A DNA stretch of 64,000 nt from an uncultured delta proteobacterium (GCA_963841435.1 CAWJCS010000003.1:192001-256000), one strand, 5' to 3'. Shown: positions 19,524-30,382, counted from the first letter of the stretch. Translations and numbers: made by a program. Notes: generated by a model from the sequence alone, not told the origin.

Positions 19524-20255
19524 ATGGCTAGCGTGGCGCAACACCTCTCGCTGCCAGGGATAGGGCTGGCGCTCGTGCTCCACTCGCCCCCGGCGCGTGC
19601 GACGCCGGAAGACGACGCTTCACCGAAGGAGTCCGAGAAGCCGGCAGCGAGCGGGTTTCAGGCAGCATTTCGCACGGGCCTCGTCTTCCCCTACGGCGAC
19701 GCGACGGGAGCACCCGGCGACGCACTCGGCGACCGCTACGCCTGGCAGCTCCCTTTCGCCGTCGATCTCGGCGCGCGATTCGCGAGGTCGTTCTTCGCAG
19801 GCGCGTATCTCGGGCTCGGATTCGGCTCGACTGGCAGCGATCCCCGCCTGGAAGCCGCCTGCATCGACGACGACGACGACGGACAGAACGACATCGTGTG
19901 CACGGCCGTCACCCTGCGCGCGGGCATCGAGGGCACCTATTCGTTCTCGCCCGACCGCCACTTGAACCCGTGGGTGGGTTACGGCTTCGGCTGGGAGTCA
20001 ACGCACGCCTCGTACACGGATCACGAGCGCGGCTACGGAGAATCGGTGATGATCGGCGGTCTCACGCTCGCGCAGCTCTCGGCGGGCTTCGACATCCGTC
20101 GCGCCGTGGGTGTGGGGCCGTTCCTCGAAATCGCGATCGGCCGCTACACCAAGACCACGACGAGCATCGGGGAGGAGACGTTCCGGACGCCCATCGAGAA
20201 CCACGCGCTCCACGCCTGGATCTTCGTCGGAGGACGTCTGGTGACGAACCCATGA
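19524..20255 (+). CDS. Predicted outer-membrane beta-barrel protein
   Basis: Signal peptide (PARA); alternating strands (LNPWVGYGFGWE, VGPFLEIAIGRY); Cys pair in an acidic loop. Confidence 0.7.
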   Translation: MASVAQHLSLPGIGLALVLHSPPARATPEDDASPKESEKPAASGFQAAFRTGLVFPYGDATGAPGDALGDRYAWQLPFAVDLGARFARSFFAGAYLGLGFGSTGSDPRLEAACIDDDDDGQNDIVCTAVTLRAGIEGTYSFSPDRHLNPWVGYGFGWESTHASYTDHERGYGESVMIGGLTLAQLSAGFDIRRAVGVGPFLEIAIGRYTKTTTSIGEETFRTPIENHALHAWIFVGGRLVTNP

Positions 20256-20707
20256 TGCGGAGAAAAGGTCCCCCGTGTAGAGCAAACCGTCGCGCGAGCG
20301 CGACGTTCTACTTTCGCGAGCTCACGACGCTCTCGGTGCTCGGCCTCGCGTGGTCGCTCGTGGGGTGCTCGAGCTCGGCGGGCGGACCGGAATACTACGA
20401 GATTGGCCTCTTTGCGACGGACGGGCAGGGCATGGAAACGGACCAGGCTTGTACGCCGGTTCCCGTGATGCCCGGGGCCTCGGTCGGGCGCGACGTTTCG
20501 CTGTTCGGCGCATTCGGCGCTCACGTCGGTGCGAGCCGCGACCTCGTGACGGTGCGCTTCGTCGGCGTCACGGACCCGCAGGCCGTCGATCAGGACGTCA
20601 CGCGTCAAGCGCTCGGCGGAGGCTACGCGAACAGCTTCGACGTTCAGGCGACAAGCGGCGAGCACTTCACCGTGGCGTTGATCTCGCCGTGCAAGGTCGA
20701 GAACTGA
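20252..20707 (+). CDS. Hypothetical lipoprotein
   Basis: ATGA overlap; lipobox LVGC; start uncertain. Confidence 0.55.
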   Translation: MMRRKGPPCRANRRASATFYFRELTTLSVLGLAWSLVGCSSSAGGPEYYEIGLFATDGQGMETDQACTPVPVMPGASVGRDVSLFGAFGAHVGASRDLVTVRFVGVTDPQAVDQDVTRQALGGGYANSFDVQATSGEHFTVALISPCKVEN

Positions 20708-20749
20708 CGTCGTCGATGCGAGGCGGCGCGGCGAGCCCCCGCGCCGCCC

Positions 20750-22153
20750 TCAGCCGCGCTTCTTCGCTTTTTCGTCACGAGCCGCCGCTTCGAGCCGTGC
20801 CTTGAGGGGTGCGGCGCGACCGGCTTTCGTGACCTGTCGGGCGCGCGCGATGGCGAGCGCGCCGTCGGGCACGTCCTCGGTGATGCTACTGCCGCTCGCG
20901 ACGTAGGCGCCCTTGCCCACGCTGACCGGCGCGACGAGCTGCGAGTCGCTGCCCACGAAGGCTCCCTCGCCGATGACGGTGCGATGCTTCTGATAGCCGT
21001 CGTAGTTGCAGAAGATCGTCCCCGCGCCGACGTTCGCGCGCTCGCCCACGTCGCCGTCGCCGAGGTAGGCGAGGTGGTTCGCCTTTGCGCCGCGTCGCAC
21101 GCGCGTCTTCTTGGTCTCGACGAAATTGCCGATGTGCGCCTCCGCCTCGATCTCGCTCTCGGGGCGAAGGTGCGAAAACGGCCCGATCTGCGCCGTTTCG
21201 CCCACGCGGCTCCCGGTCACGATCGAGTACGGCTTGAGCACGACGCGTGGGCCGATCTCGGAGTCCGTGACGACCGAGCCCACGTCGATGAACGCTCCCG
21301 CGCCGACGCGCGTCGTGCCGCGCAGCCGCACACCGGCCTCGATTTCGGCCTCGGGCTCGACCACGACGCCGTCGTCGATGCGGGCGTCGCCGCGAACGGT
21401 CACGCCGCTTTTTTCGTGTCGCGTGCGGATGGCCGCGAACAGCGCCTCCTCGGCCTGCCGGAGCTGGGCGCGGTCGTTGACGCCCATCAGGAGCTCGGCC
21501 GAGCCGCGCACGCCGGCGACGCTCCCTTGCCCCGCGAAATGCGCGACGATGTCCGTGAGGTAGAGCTCGCCCTGCGCGTTGTTTGCCGTCAGGCCGGCGA
21601 GCGCCGCGTTGAGAGGCGCGGTGCGGCCGGCGTAGATGCCGGCGTTGACCTCGCCGACGGCGCGCTCTCGGTCGCTGGCGAGGTCGCGCTCTTCGCGCAC
21701 GGCCTGCACGCGACCCTCGGCGTCGCGCAGCACGCGACCGTATCCGAAGGGATTTTCGGGCTCGGCGTAGCTCAACGCGAGGTCGGCGCTGCGGCTCGCC
21801 TCGACGATGCGCTCGAGCTCGCCGGCGGTGACGAGCGGCGTGTCGCCGCAGAGGATCAAGACGTGCTCGGTTTCGACGGCCGCCATGCCGACGCGCGCGG
21901 CGTCGCCCGTCCCGCGCGGCGGGTCCTGCACGACGACGCGCACACGCTCGCCGAAGGCGCTCTCGAGCGCCGTCTTCAGTGTGGGACTCGGGCTCGCCAC
22001 GACGACGACGCGCGCCGCGCCGAGCTCGAGCGCGGCCCGCACGGGGAACTCGATGAGCGGACGGCCAGCGACACGATGGAGCAGCTTCGGCACTGCGCTC
22101 TTCATGCGCGTGCCGAGACCGGCGGCGAGAACCACCGCCGTGAGATCGCTCAT
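20750..22153 (-). CDS. glmU: Bifunctional UDP-GlcNAc pyrophosphorylase/glucosamine-1-phosphate acetyltransferase
   Basis: LAAGLGTRMKS, GYGRV, NNAQGELYLTD, GNFVETK, HLAYLGD, CNYDG; hexapeptide repeats. Confidence 0.96.
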   Translation of the reverse strand: MSDLTAVVLAAGLGTRMKSAVPKLLHRVAGRPLIEFPVRAALELGAARVVVVASPSPTLKTALESAFGERVRVVVQDPPRGTGDAARVGMAAVETEHVLILCGDTPLVTAGELERIVEASRSADLALSYAEPENPFGYGRVLRDAEGRVQAVREERDLASDRERAVGEVNAGIYAGRTAPLNAALAGLTANNAQGELYLTDIVAHFAGQGSVAGVRGSAELLMGVNDRAQLRQAEEALFAAIRTRHEKSGVTVRGDARIDDGVVVEPEAEIEAGVRLRGTTRVGAGAFIDVGSVVTDSEIGPRVVLKPYSIVTGSRVGETAQIGPFSHLRPESEIEAEAHIGNFVETKKTRVRRGAKANHLAYLGDGDVGERANVGAGTIFCNYDGYQKHRTVIGEGAFVGSDSQLVAPVSVGKGAYVASGSSITEDVPDGALAIARARQVTKAGRAAPLKARLEAAARDEKAKKRG

Positions 22154-24426
22154 TCGACCACCGCGGAGCGCCCCGCGGGCAGGCGATCCGCGGCGATGGC
22201 GCCGCCGCCGCCCGTGCTCGCTTCATCGCGCGAGGCCGTGCGCGTGGGAGGCGGCGCCTTGGGCGCGGGATAGCGCCGGCGGTCGGCGTACACGACGACC
22301 GTGTCACCCGTGGCGAGCGCGTCGCTGCGCGAGCGGCGGTTGATACGCTCCATCGAACCGACGCTGGTTTCGAAGCGGCGGCCGATCGAGGCTAGCGTGT
22401 CCCCCTTTTTCACCTTGACCAGCATGCGGCGCTTGCCGTTCAGGCCCTCGAAGTAGTCGAAAAACTCGGGCGAGCCGGCGAGCAGAGTCTTTTGGTCCTT
22501 CTCGTCGAGGACGTGCAGGCGCCGAAGATCGCGGCTCCTCTGCGGGAACACCTGCAAGACCATGCCGTCTTGAAGGAAGGCGGCGGAGTCGAGCGCGTTC
22601 CACGCGATGAGATCGGAGCGAGCGACACCGAAAGCAGTCGCCACGGAAGCGAGCGTGTCGCCGTTCACGACGGGGTAGAAGACGCGCACGGTGTCCGGCG
22701 GCGGCGTCACCTCGCGCACGACGACGACGGGGTCGTCGCCGCGCGGCTCGTCGTCGTCGTCGAAAGCGGCGCCGGTCGGACGGCGCGGGACGAGCAGCAC
22801 CGTGCCGGCCGTGAGCGACTCCTGAGACCCGAGGCGATTGAGGCTGCGGACGGTCGCCTCGCTCGCGCCGGTCTGGCGAGCGACGCTCGCGGGGGTATCA
22901 CCCTGGCGTGCGACGTAGCTCGAGAGGTCGTCGCGCGCGCCGCCCTCGAAGAGCTTGCCCGCGACGCTCGCGGTCCCCACGGGCACGTGCACGGCGCACG
23001 ACGGCGAGGCCCTTCCGGGAGCGACGGGAGGGACGCGCCCCGCGAGGTACATCGCGTTCTGGCGCTCGATCACCTCGGCGGCGACACCGGTCGCGCGCGC
23101 GACGTCAGAAAGGGCCGTGCCCGGCGCCACTTCGATCACCTCGAACGCCTCGGCGGGGTCCGGCTCGATGTCGTCGAGGCCGAACGCCTTCTTGTTCGTC
23201 ATCATGATCGCGGTCGCGAGGATCTTCGGGACGTAGAGCGTCGTTTCCCAAGGGATTCCGGCCTCGTGGCGCGCGAGCTCCCAGAAGTCGTTGGTGTTGT
23301 ACTTGCGGATGGCGCGCGAAAGTCCGCCGTGGCCCATGTTGTACGCGGCCATCGCGAGCTCCCACGCGCCGAAGCGCCGATAGAGGTCGGACAGCAGCCG
23401 CACGGCGGCCTGCGTCGACTCCATGGGGTCGAGACGCTGGTCAACCCAGCGGTCGACAGTCAGGCCGTAGGTGCGTGCCGTCTCCGGCATGAATTGCCAG
23501 AGGCCCGCGGCGCCGGCTGGCGACGAGATCGTCGGGTTGTGGCCGCTCTCGATGAGCGACAGCCACACGAGATCGGTCGGCAGACCCGCCTGGGAGAGCT
23601 CCGCCTTGAGCGCGCCGACGAAGCGACCACTCTTTTTCGCCCAGGCGCGCGCCACGGCGCGGCCGCTCTGGCTGTCACGGAAGAACTTCAGGTACTTGAT
23701 GACGCGCTCGTCGTAGCGGACGGGGAGGTTGGGCAGCGCGAGACCGCGCAGCCACTCGGCATCCTTCGTCGACGGACCGCGGTCGAGGGGCGCCACGGCG
23801 GTGGGCGGCAATCCGCTCGAAAGCACCTCGGGACCCTCGTCGGGCTGCTCGGGCAGACCCCACGACCAGCCCGGCGTGGCGCCCGTGAGCGCGTGGGGAA
23901 AAAGCACGCGCTCGGCCTCGCGAATCGTCGAAAGCTCGGGGTCGGACTTCTTCGCCCTGAGGTCGTCGGCGGTCGGGCCCCCGGCGATGATGCGGCGGGT
24001 CACCATGTCGCTCGGCTTTTGGGGCGTCCCGGGCGGCAGGGTGGGCGACGGGCGCTTCGGGGCCTTGCCGCGGGGGGCCGCGGCTTGCGCCTTGGGCGCC
24101 GGGGTGGGTGCGGCTTTCGCCTTTGGAAGCTCGAGCTTCCGGGTGCCCTGGCCACGCTGCGGCTCGCTCGGGATGACGGCAGGCAGCGCGCCGTTCGCCG
24201 TCACGGCTTTGGCCTTGGGCGCGGGCGCGGCCTTCGAAGGGGTGGGGCTCGCCTTCGCGGCGGCCGCAGGAGCGCTCTGCTTCTTGGGAGCGGGAGCGGC
24301 AGCCTTCTTTTTCGCGGTCGCCGGAGCCGAGGTCTTGCCCTCGGCGGCATGCGCCGGCAGAGCAATGCCGGGCACGATCAGGACGAGCGAAAACAGCGGC
24401 CCTGTGAGCCAGTGGGCCTCGCGCAT
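22150..24426 (-). CDS. mltD: LysM-domain lytic murein transglycosylase (MltD-like)
   Basis: IESG, SPAGAAGLWQFM, AAYNMG, ETTLYVPK; several LysM repeats (GDTLASIG); Ala/Pro/Lys-rich N-terminus. Confidence 0.88.
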   Translation of the reverse strand: MREAHWLTGPLFSLVLIVPGIALPAHAAEGKTSAPATAKKKAAAPAPKKQSAPAAAAKASPTPSKAAPAPKAKAVTANGALPAVIPSEPQRGQGTRKLELPKAKAAPTPAPKAQAAAPRGKAPKRPSPTLPPGTPQKPSDMVTRRIIAGGPTADDLRAKKSDPELSTIREAERVLFPHALTGATPGWSWGLPEQPDEGPEVLSSGLPPTAVAPLDRGPSTKDAEWLRGLALPNLPVRYDERVIKYLKFFRDSQSGRAVARAWAKKSGRFVGALKAELSQAGLPTDLVWLSLIESGHNPTISSPAGAAGLWQFMPETARTYGLTVDRWVDQRLDPMESTQAAVRLLSDLYRRFGAWELAMAAYNMGHGGLSRAIRKYNTNDFWELARHEAGIPWETTLYVPKILATAIMMTNKKAFGLDDIEPDPAEAFEVIEVAPGTALSDVARATGVAAEVIERQNAMYLAGRVPPVAPGRASPSCAVHVPVGTASVAGKLFEGGARDDLSSYVARQGDTPASVARQTGASEATVRSLNRLGSQESLTAGTVLLVPRRPTGAAFDDDDEPRGDDPVVVVREVTPPPDTVRVFYPVVNGDTLASVATAFGVARSDLIAWNALDSAAFLQDGMVLQVFPQRSRDLRRLHVLDEKDQKTLLAGSPEFFDYFEGLNGKRRMLVKVKKGDTLASIGRRFETSVGSMERINRRSRSDALATGDTVVVYADRRRYPAPKAPPPTRTASRDEASTGGGGAIAADRLPAGRSAVVE

Positions 24427-24523
24427 GGTGTTTTCCTACCGGGGAGTATGCCACCTGGTCAAATCCGCGGCAGGTGCGGAGCGACGCGGACAGGCAACGG
24501 CTGGGTGGTAACGTCACCCGGCC

Positions 24524-25924
24524 ATGGCAGCCACCCGCACCGAAAAGGACACATTCGGCCCCATCGAGGTCCCGAGCGACAAGCTCTGGGGCGCCCAAAC
24601 CCAGCGCAGCCTGCAAAATTTCGCGATTTCAGGCGAGCGCATGCCCGTCGCGCTCCTCCGGGCGCTCGCGCTCGTCAAGAAGGCCGCCGCACTGGTCAAC
24701 CAGGACCTCGGCGCGCTCGACCCGAAGCTCGCCGGCGCCATCGTGCGCGCCTGCGACGAGGTGATCCAAGGTGAGCACGACGACCACTTCCCGCTCGTCG
24801 TCTGGCAGACGGGGTCCGGCACCCAGAGCAACATGAACATGAACGAGGTCGTCGCGAACCGCGCGAGCGAGCTGCTCGGCGGTGAGCGCGGCGAAAAGCG
24901 CCTCGTGCACCCGAACGACCACGTGAACCGCGGACAGTCGTCGAACGACGTGTTTCCGGCCGCGATGTCGCTCGCCTGCACCGACGCCGTGCGGAGCCGC
25001 GTTCTGCCCTCGGTGCGGAGCCTGCGCGAGGTCCTCGCCGACAAATCGCGGGCTTTCATGGACGTCGTCAAGATCGGCCGCACTCATCTGATGGACGCGA
25101 CCCCGCTCACGCTCGGGCAGGAAATCAGCGGCTGGGTGGCGCAGCTCGAGCACGGCGCCGCGCACCTCGAAAGCGCGGTGCCGCACCTCGCCGAGCTCGC
25201 GCTCGGCGGCACCGCCGTGGGCACGGGCCTGAACGCCCACCCGGAGTACGCCGTGCGGGTCGCCCGGAAGGTGGCGGAGCTCAGCGGGCACCCCATCGTG
25301 ACGGCGCCGAACAAGTTCGAGTCGCTCGCCGCTCACGACGCCATCGTCTTCGCTCACGGGGCGCTCAAGACGCTCGCTGCGTCGCTCATGAAGATCGCCA
25401 ACGACGTGCGCTGGCTCGCCTCGGGGCCACGCTCCGGCATCGGGGAAATCACGATCCCGGAGAACGAGCCGGGCAGCTCGATCATGCCGGGCAAGGTGAA
25501 TCCGACCCAGTCGGAGGCCATGACGATGCTCTGCGCGCAGGTGTTCGGCAACGACGTGGCCGTCAATTTCGGCGGTGCGAGCGGCAATTTCGAGCTCAAC
25601 GTCTACAAGCCTCTGCTCGCCTACAACTTCCTCATGAGCGCGCGGCTCCTCGCCGACGGTTGCGACAGCTTCCGTAAGAACTGCGCCGCGGGCCTGGAGC
25701 CGAACCGCGCCGTCATCAAGCGGCACCTCGAAGATTCGCTCATGCTCGTCACGGCGCTAAACCCCCACATCGGCTACGACAACGCGGCGAAAATCGCGAA
25801 GAAGGCCCACAAGGAGGGCCTCACGCTCAAGCAGGCGGCCCACGCGCTCGGGCTCGTCAGCGACGAGGACTTCGACCGCTGGGTGCGCCCGGAGGACATG
25901 ACCGGTCCCAAGGCGTCGGGCTAG
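24524..25924 (+). CDS. fumC: Class II fumarate hydratase
   Basis: [32 protein letters not shown] signature. Confidence 0.97.
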   Translation: MAATRTEKDTFGPIEVPSDKLWGAQTQRSLQNFAISGERMPVALLRALALVKKAAALVNQDLGALDPKLAGAIVRACDEVIQGEHDDHFPLVVWQTGSGTQSNMNMNEVVANRASELLGGERGEKRLVHPNDHVNRGQSSNDVFPAAMSLACTDAVRSRVLPSVRSLREVLADKSRAFMDVVKIGRTHLMDATPLTLGQEISGWVAQLEHGAAHLESAVPHLAELALGGTAVGTGLNAHPEYAVRVARKVAELSGHPIVTAPNKFESLAAHDAIVFAHGALKTLAASLMKIANDVRWLASGPRSGIGEITIPENEPGSSIMPGKVNPTQSEAMTMLCAQVFGNDVAVNFGGASGNFELNVYKPLLAYNFLMSARLLADGCDSFRKNCAAGLEPNRAVIKRHLEDSLMLVTALNPHIGYDNAAKIAKKAHKEGLTLKQAAHALGLVSDEDFDRWVRPEDMTGPKASG

Positions 25925-25986
25925 CCGGACGCTCGCGACGCTTTGTTGGCCCGCACCCCCGAGGCGGCGACAATCGGCGCACCCAC

Positions 25987-26691
25987 ATGGCCCTACATGA
26001 GCTTTCCCCGAGTGTTTTCAAGCCCGTCCCACCTCCGCTCTGGTACGTGACGAACGGCGAGCTCACGGTCGGACCGGTCATTACCGACCTGCTGCGGCGC
26101 GGCGTCGAGTACGGCCGCATCCCCGACTACTGCAGCGTGCGGGCGTCGCGCGGTGAGTGGCGCGACCTCTTCTCCGTGCGGGAGATCGCAGCGATGAACA
26201 GCAAGGTCGGCCCCAGGCCGCCGAGCGAGGAGCAGTTCGTCGAGTGGGCGAGACCCGTCGAGCGCGTCAAGGACGAGGAAGAGCTCGCCCATACCGTGAC
26301 GTGGCTGTCGCTGGTCGCGACGGGCGCCGAGAGCGCCATGTTTCACTACCGCGGCCGCTTCTCGCGCTCGCTCGTCACTCGCTCGGTGCTCGGGCCGATG
26401 TCGAACGAGCGCCTCGGGCACACCCTTTCGGAGCGCGACCTCGTGCTCCAATCCGCCCGCCGGGGGCGGCCAGTCGTTGGCCCGCCTTACGGCCCCACCG
26501 AGGACGCGCTCGCCATGCGCATGGCGACCAGCAGCGGCGGCGTGGGTGCCGCGGCCATGATCCCAATCTTCGTCGCCGGGACGCTGCGCGGCATGCTCGA
26601 GGTCTCCCGCCCCGGCCACGCCTTCCGCCGCGCGGACCTGCAACGCGCCGAGCGCATCGTGAAGCGCGCCCTCGGCCGCCGCGCGAACTAG
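25987..26691 (+). CDS. GYF_2-like plus GAF-like domain protein
   Basis: WYV...VGP...EWRDL N-terminal pattern; C-terminal AMIPI..GTLRGMLEV..AF...DL GAF pattern. Confidence 0.6.
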   Translation: MALHELSPSVFKPVPPPLWYVTNGELTVGPVITDLLRRGVEYGRIPDYCSVRASRGEWRDLFSVREIAAMNSKVGPRPPSEEQFVEWARPVERVKDEEELAHTVTWLSLVATGAESAMFHYRGRFSRSLVTRSVLGPMSNERLGHTLSERDLVLQSARRGRPVVGPPYGPTEDALAMRMATSSGGVGAAAMIPIFVAGTLRGMLEVSRPGHAFRRADLQRAERIVKRALGRRAN

Positions 26692-26742
26692 CGCCCATCG
26701 GAGACGCGCAGAGGACCGTAACGACGGTGCCCCGGGGCCGCC

Positions 26743-27526
26743 CTAAAACGGCTGTCGCCCGGGATCGGTGAACGGCCCCGGTAGGCGGGGGTCGAAGCAG
26801 GTGTGGCTCTTCGGGTCGCAGACGGCGCCCACCGCACAGTCACTCGAATCGCGGCAGAGCACACACTTGAACTCGACCTGATCGCATTTGAGGCTGGGGT
26901 CGCAATCCTCGTCCTTGCGGCACTCCCCGCAGCCCACGCCGTTCGGTAGGCAAACGGGACCGTCGCTCGAGCCCTCGCAGTCAACGTTGTCACGGCACGC
27001 GATGCAGCGACTTCGCTCCTCGTCGCAAGTGCGCGCGGCATCGATGCAGTACAGGGTCGGACGCGACGGCGTAGCGCAGGTCTGGAGGCACCGATAGCTG
27101 GCACAATCCTGGTCCTTCGCGCAGTCGTTGTTGTCCCTGCAGACGACACAGCGGTGCAGCAAAGTCTCGCAGCGCCGGCCGCTGGCGTAGCAGTCCCTGT
27201 CCTCGGTGCATTCGACGCAGGCATCCCGGTGGCACCTCAGGCCGGCCCCGGCGCAGAGCGCATCGCAGTCGAGCATGGGCTCGACCGGCGGTTCGCCGGC
27301 ACCGCTCGTGCCGCTCATGCCGCCGTGATTCCAGGAGGGCGGCTGCGCGCCGCCGAAGCCGCCCGTTCCCCCGAGAATCGAGGCCCGCGCTGCCGCCGCT
27401 CGGATCCGCCGGGGCACCCGCTTCGCCCACCGACGACGGGGGCTCGCCGAAGTTCAGCGTGGCGTCGCAGGCGAGGAGCGCGAGCGGGCCGAGCAAGCAG
27501 GCTAGCCGCAGCGCGGCGGAAGTCAT
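26743..27526 (-). CDS. Cys-rich repeat lipoprotein, apparent +1 frameshift near 27376
   Basis: Lipobox LLAC; five CVxCxxxxDC-type repeats in the second frame; one-base deletion joins the frames. Confidence 0.7.
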
Positions 27527-28653
27527 GGCTCGGCGAGCAGGGCTTCGAGCTCTGCTCGAGCGAAGCCGTTACGGTACCGACCGAGGTAGCCGCGCGCCAG
27601 AGTGCGGGCGCGGGCGGGATTCACGCGTTCGAGCAGCCGGATGCGCTCGACGCCCGCGCTCTCGGACAGCGGGCCGCCGGGGTAGCGCTCCAGGAGCTTT
27701 TCGTAGAGCTCGAGAGCCCGCGACGACTCCCCCGCCTGGCGTGCGCTCGTGGCCTCCTGGTAGAGGTCATTTTGCGCCAGGAGCTCGGATTTCCGCGCGT
27801 CGCTCGCCGACGCCGGCGCCGTCTCCGCGGCAGGCGCGGCTGCTACGGGCACCGGTTCGGGCAAGAGGGCGGCCGCGGGCGCTTCGGGCCCGGCCGGATG
27901 CGCGGCCTTGTGCGCGCGCGGCCCCACATGAGCGGGGGGAGCATCGGGCAGCGTCGGCGGCGCCGTGCAGGCGCTTTCCCAGGTCTCGCCGGGGTGCAGC
28001 ACGAGACGCCCACCGTGCGAGCGGACCTCGACGGCCCCCTCGGTCACGGACACGGCGGTGCGCGCGAGGCACCCCTCGGTCGGCGGGCGCACGGCAACGT
28101 CGAACACGGTGCCGCGCACCTCGACCTCGGCGTCGTCCGTGTCGACGATGAAGCGCTGCCCGGCGGTGAGCTTTGCGACCGTCAGGTGGGCCGTACCGTG
28201 GACGAGACCGAAGCGCTGCAGCGCCGTGTCTTCGCGATAGACGAGCTCACCGTGCTCGGTGAGCGTGATGCGCGTGCCGGTCGCGAACTCGACGACCGTC
28301 GGGTGTCCCTGCCCGGCGGTGACGCTCTGACCGTGAGCGAGCGTTCGCTCCGACACGCTGCCCCCGACCCCCTCGACGCGCACGTGGCCCGCGCGACACG
28401 CGGCACCGACGCACGCCGTGCGCCCGGGCGCTCCGAGCGGCGCAAGGTAGAACATCGCTGCGGCCGCCGCGGCGCTCAGCACGGACATGCCGGCGACGAC
28501 GCGGCGCACGGCGCGGCGGCGGCGCCGCTCGGCCATGGCCTGCGCGATGACACCGATACCAACGTCCCGCGAAATCTCACGCGGGCGCGCTTCCTCAGGA
28601 CGCTCACGCAGAACGTCGGCTGCAAGCGTGGCAAAGTCGGTCGAGTCGCTCAA
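27523..28653 (-). CDS. FecR-domain anti-sigma factor with C-terminal TPR-like helix pair
   Basis: Single TM; FIVDTDDAEVEVRGTVF and VSVTEGAVEV FecR motifs; YLGRYRNGFA tail. Confidence 0.85.
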   Translation of the reverse strand: MSDSTDFATLAADVLRERPEEARPREISRDVGIGVIAQAMAERRRRRAVRRVVAGMSVLSAAAAAAMFYLAPLGAPGRTACVGAACRAGHVRVEGVGGSVSERTLAHGQSVTAGQGHPTVVEFATGTRITLTEHGELVYREDTALQRFGLVHGTAHLTVAKLTAGQRFIVDTDDAEVEVRGTVFDVAVRPPTEGCLARTAVSVTEGAVEVRSHGGRLVLHPGETWESACTAPPTLPDAPPAHVGPRAHKAAHPAGPEAPAAALLPEPVPVAAAPAAETAPASASDARKSELLAQNDLYQEATSARQAGESSRALELYEKLLERYPGGPLSESAGVERIRLLERVNPARARTLARGYLGRYRNGFARAELEALLAEP

Positions 28654-29312
28654 GAGTCCTCCCCTTCACCGTTCCCTGAGGACCGTCGCAACAGGCTGGA
28701 AAGCTCCGGGTCGGCTGCAATGCGGGCGTGCAGCTCGCGCCGCCCACGCACGAGACGCGTCTGCGCGGCAGCGGGAGTAGCTCCCGTGATCGCGCTCACC
28801 TCATGTAGGGAAAATCCCTGCACGTCATGGAGCACGAAGGTCCACGCCTTGCGAACGTCGAGCTTGCGAAGATGGGCTTCGATGCGACGGATGGTGCTGC
28901 GGTGCGTGACGGTGCCGGTGGCAGCGCGATCGACGAGGTCGTGTCCCTCGATGGGCTCGAGCACGAACAGACGGCGTTCGATCTTGCGCCGGCGGATGTG
29001 CTTGTAGGCGGCGCGCGCCGCGATGATCGCAGCCCACGCGTCGAGGGGACACTCGCCGCGGAAGCGGTCCATGCTGAAGACCAGGTCAACGAGCGCCTGC
29101 TGTGCAACGTCCTCGTGGTCCGGATCGCGGCCGCCGAGGAGCCGCACGAGCGTGCGTTCCACGACCGGGCGCAGGCAATCGTGGAACGTCGCTGCCGCGC
29201 GGTTGTCACCCGAGCGGACGGCCTCCACGAGCCCCGCGTCGTCCCCCACCCCGGCTCCGTCGGGTCCCAGGCGCCCAACGACCTTCAGCGAGCGTTCCAA
29301 GGCCGCGGCCAT
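28650..29312 (-). CDS. ECF RNA polymerase sigma factor
   Basis: EDVAQQA, FRGECPLDAW (region 2); FVLHDVQGFSLHEVSAI...TRLVRGR (region 4). Confidence 0.9.
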   Translation of the reverse strand: MAAALERSLKVVGRLGPDGAGVGDDAGLVEAVRSGDNRAAATFHDCLRPVVERTLVRLLGGRDPDHEDVAQQALVDLVFSMDRFRGECPLDAWAAIIAARAAYKHIRRRKIERRLFVLEPIEGHDLVDRAATGTVTHRSTIRRIEAHLRKLDVRKAWTFVLHDVQGFSLHEVSAITGATPAAAQTRLVRGRRELHARIAADPELSSLLRRSSGNGEGEDS

Positions 29313-29413
29313 TGGAGGAGAGTGCCTCGAGTTCCCAGACACCAGGCTAGTAGGGGTAGCACCCCGAGCCTCCCCGGTCCCTTGCCAACCACCAATCTCT
29401 CACCCGACCGGCC

Positions 29414-30382
29414 TTAGAACTCCGTCCGGAGCCCCAGCCGGGCCGCAGGCGCCACGAGCCCGAAGCGGGCCCTGGGCTCGCCCTGAACGACGACCATCGT
29501 CCGACCCCCGAGAATTTCGGCTCCGACCTCGGCGAAGGCGGCCGAGGCCCCTCCAATCCACAGCCCACCGCTCAGGGCCGGCTCGAAGGCCGGCACCCAG
29601 TGCGACTGACTCGGGGTTGCGTCGGCTCCTGCTTCGGCGAGGCGGGTGACGCGGATCTCGGCGGCGTAGACGGCGAGGCTCGGGCCCAGCCAACTGTAGG
29701 CGCCGGGCCGCCACGCCGCCCAGGTCACCTGGCCCCCAACGGCAAGGAAGCGCGAGCTGGCCTGGGCCGCGGGGAGGGTCCCGAATCTCCCCTCCCCGGC
29801 AATGCCGATCCGCAGCGCCTCGAGCAAGCCGATGTCGAGCACGAGCCGCGCCCCGAAGCCGGTGGCGTCACCCGGTCCCACGGCGACGAACGCGGCTGCC
29901 GCGCCGGCACGACCGGAACGCTCGTCCCGCGATGCAGGCGAGGGTCGCTCGCGGTCGACGGGAACGGGAACGGGAACGGGAACGAGAACGGGAACGGGCG
30001 CAAGCGCCGGTTCGGGCGCTGGCCGGGGCGCGGAGGCGCTGTCAGTAAAGATCGATGCCACGACGAAGCCGAGCGTGCGTCCCCGCTCTGCCGGCGGGTC
30101 GTTGGGGTCGAAGGTGACCGAGCGATCGATCCAGCGATGGCTGGTCGGCAGGTAGACGTGCAGGTGCGCTCCACCCGGCGTTCCAGGATCCCAGTGCAGC
30201 TCCACGACGCCCGAGCCCGCCGGCGTCGCGGGCCGCTCGGCGTCACCCTCGCGGATCGTCTCGACGCGCAGCTCGACCCGATCGCCGAGCGCTTCTCGGG
30301 CGGTATTGACGAACGACTGGGTGCCGGGCGACGTGAGCTCCGACGCGGCGACCCAGATCGTGAGCAGAGCTCTCAAGGCCAA
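29414..30382 (-). CDS. Predicted outer-membrane protein upstream of the ECF sigma gene
   Basis: N-terminal domain, Pro-Val linker, C-terminal amphipathic strands ending in Phe (LGLRTEF). Confidence 0.65.
   Translation of the reverse strand: MALRALLTIWVAASELTSPGTQSFVNTAREALGDRVELRVETIREGDAERPATPAGSGVVELHWDPGTPGGAHLHVYLPTSHRWIDRSVTFDPNDPPAERGRTLGFVVASIFTDSASAPRPAPEPALAPVPVLVPVPVPVPVDRERPSPASRDERSGRAGAAAAFVAVGPGDATGFGARLVLDIGLLEALRIGIAGEGRFGTLPAAQASSRFLAVGGQVTWAAWRPGAYSWLGPSLAVYAAEIRVTRLAEAGADATPSQSHWVPAFEPALSGGLWIGGASAAFAEVGAEILGGRTMVVVQGEPRARFGLVAPAARLGLRTEF

Noticed and set aside
29961-29999. (GGAACG)n hexamer tandem repeat as a phase-variation tract
   Set aside because: Unit length is a multiple of 3 and encodes a Pro-Val linker; no frame switching possible
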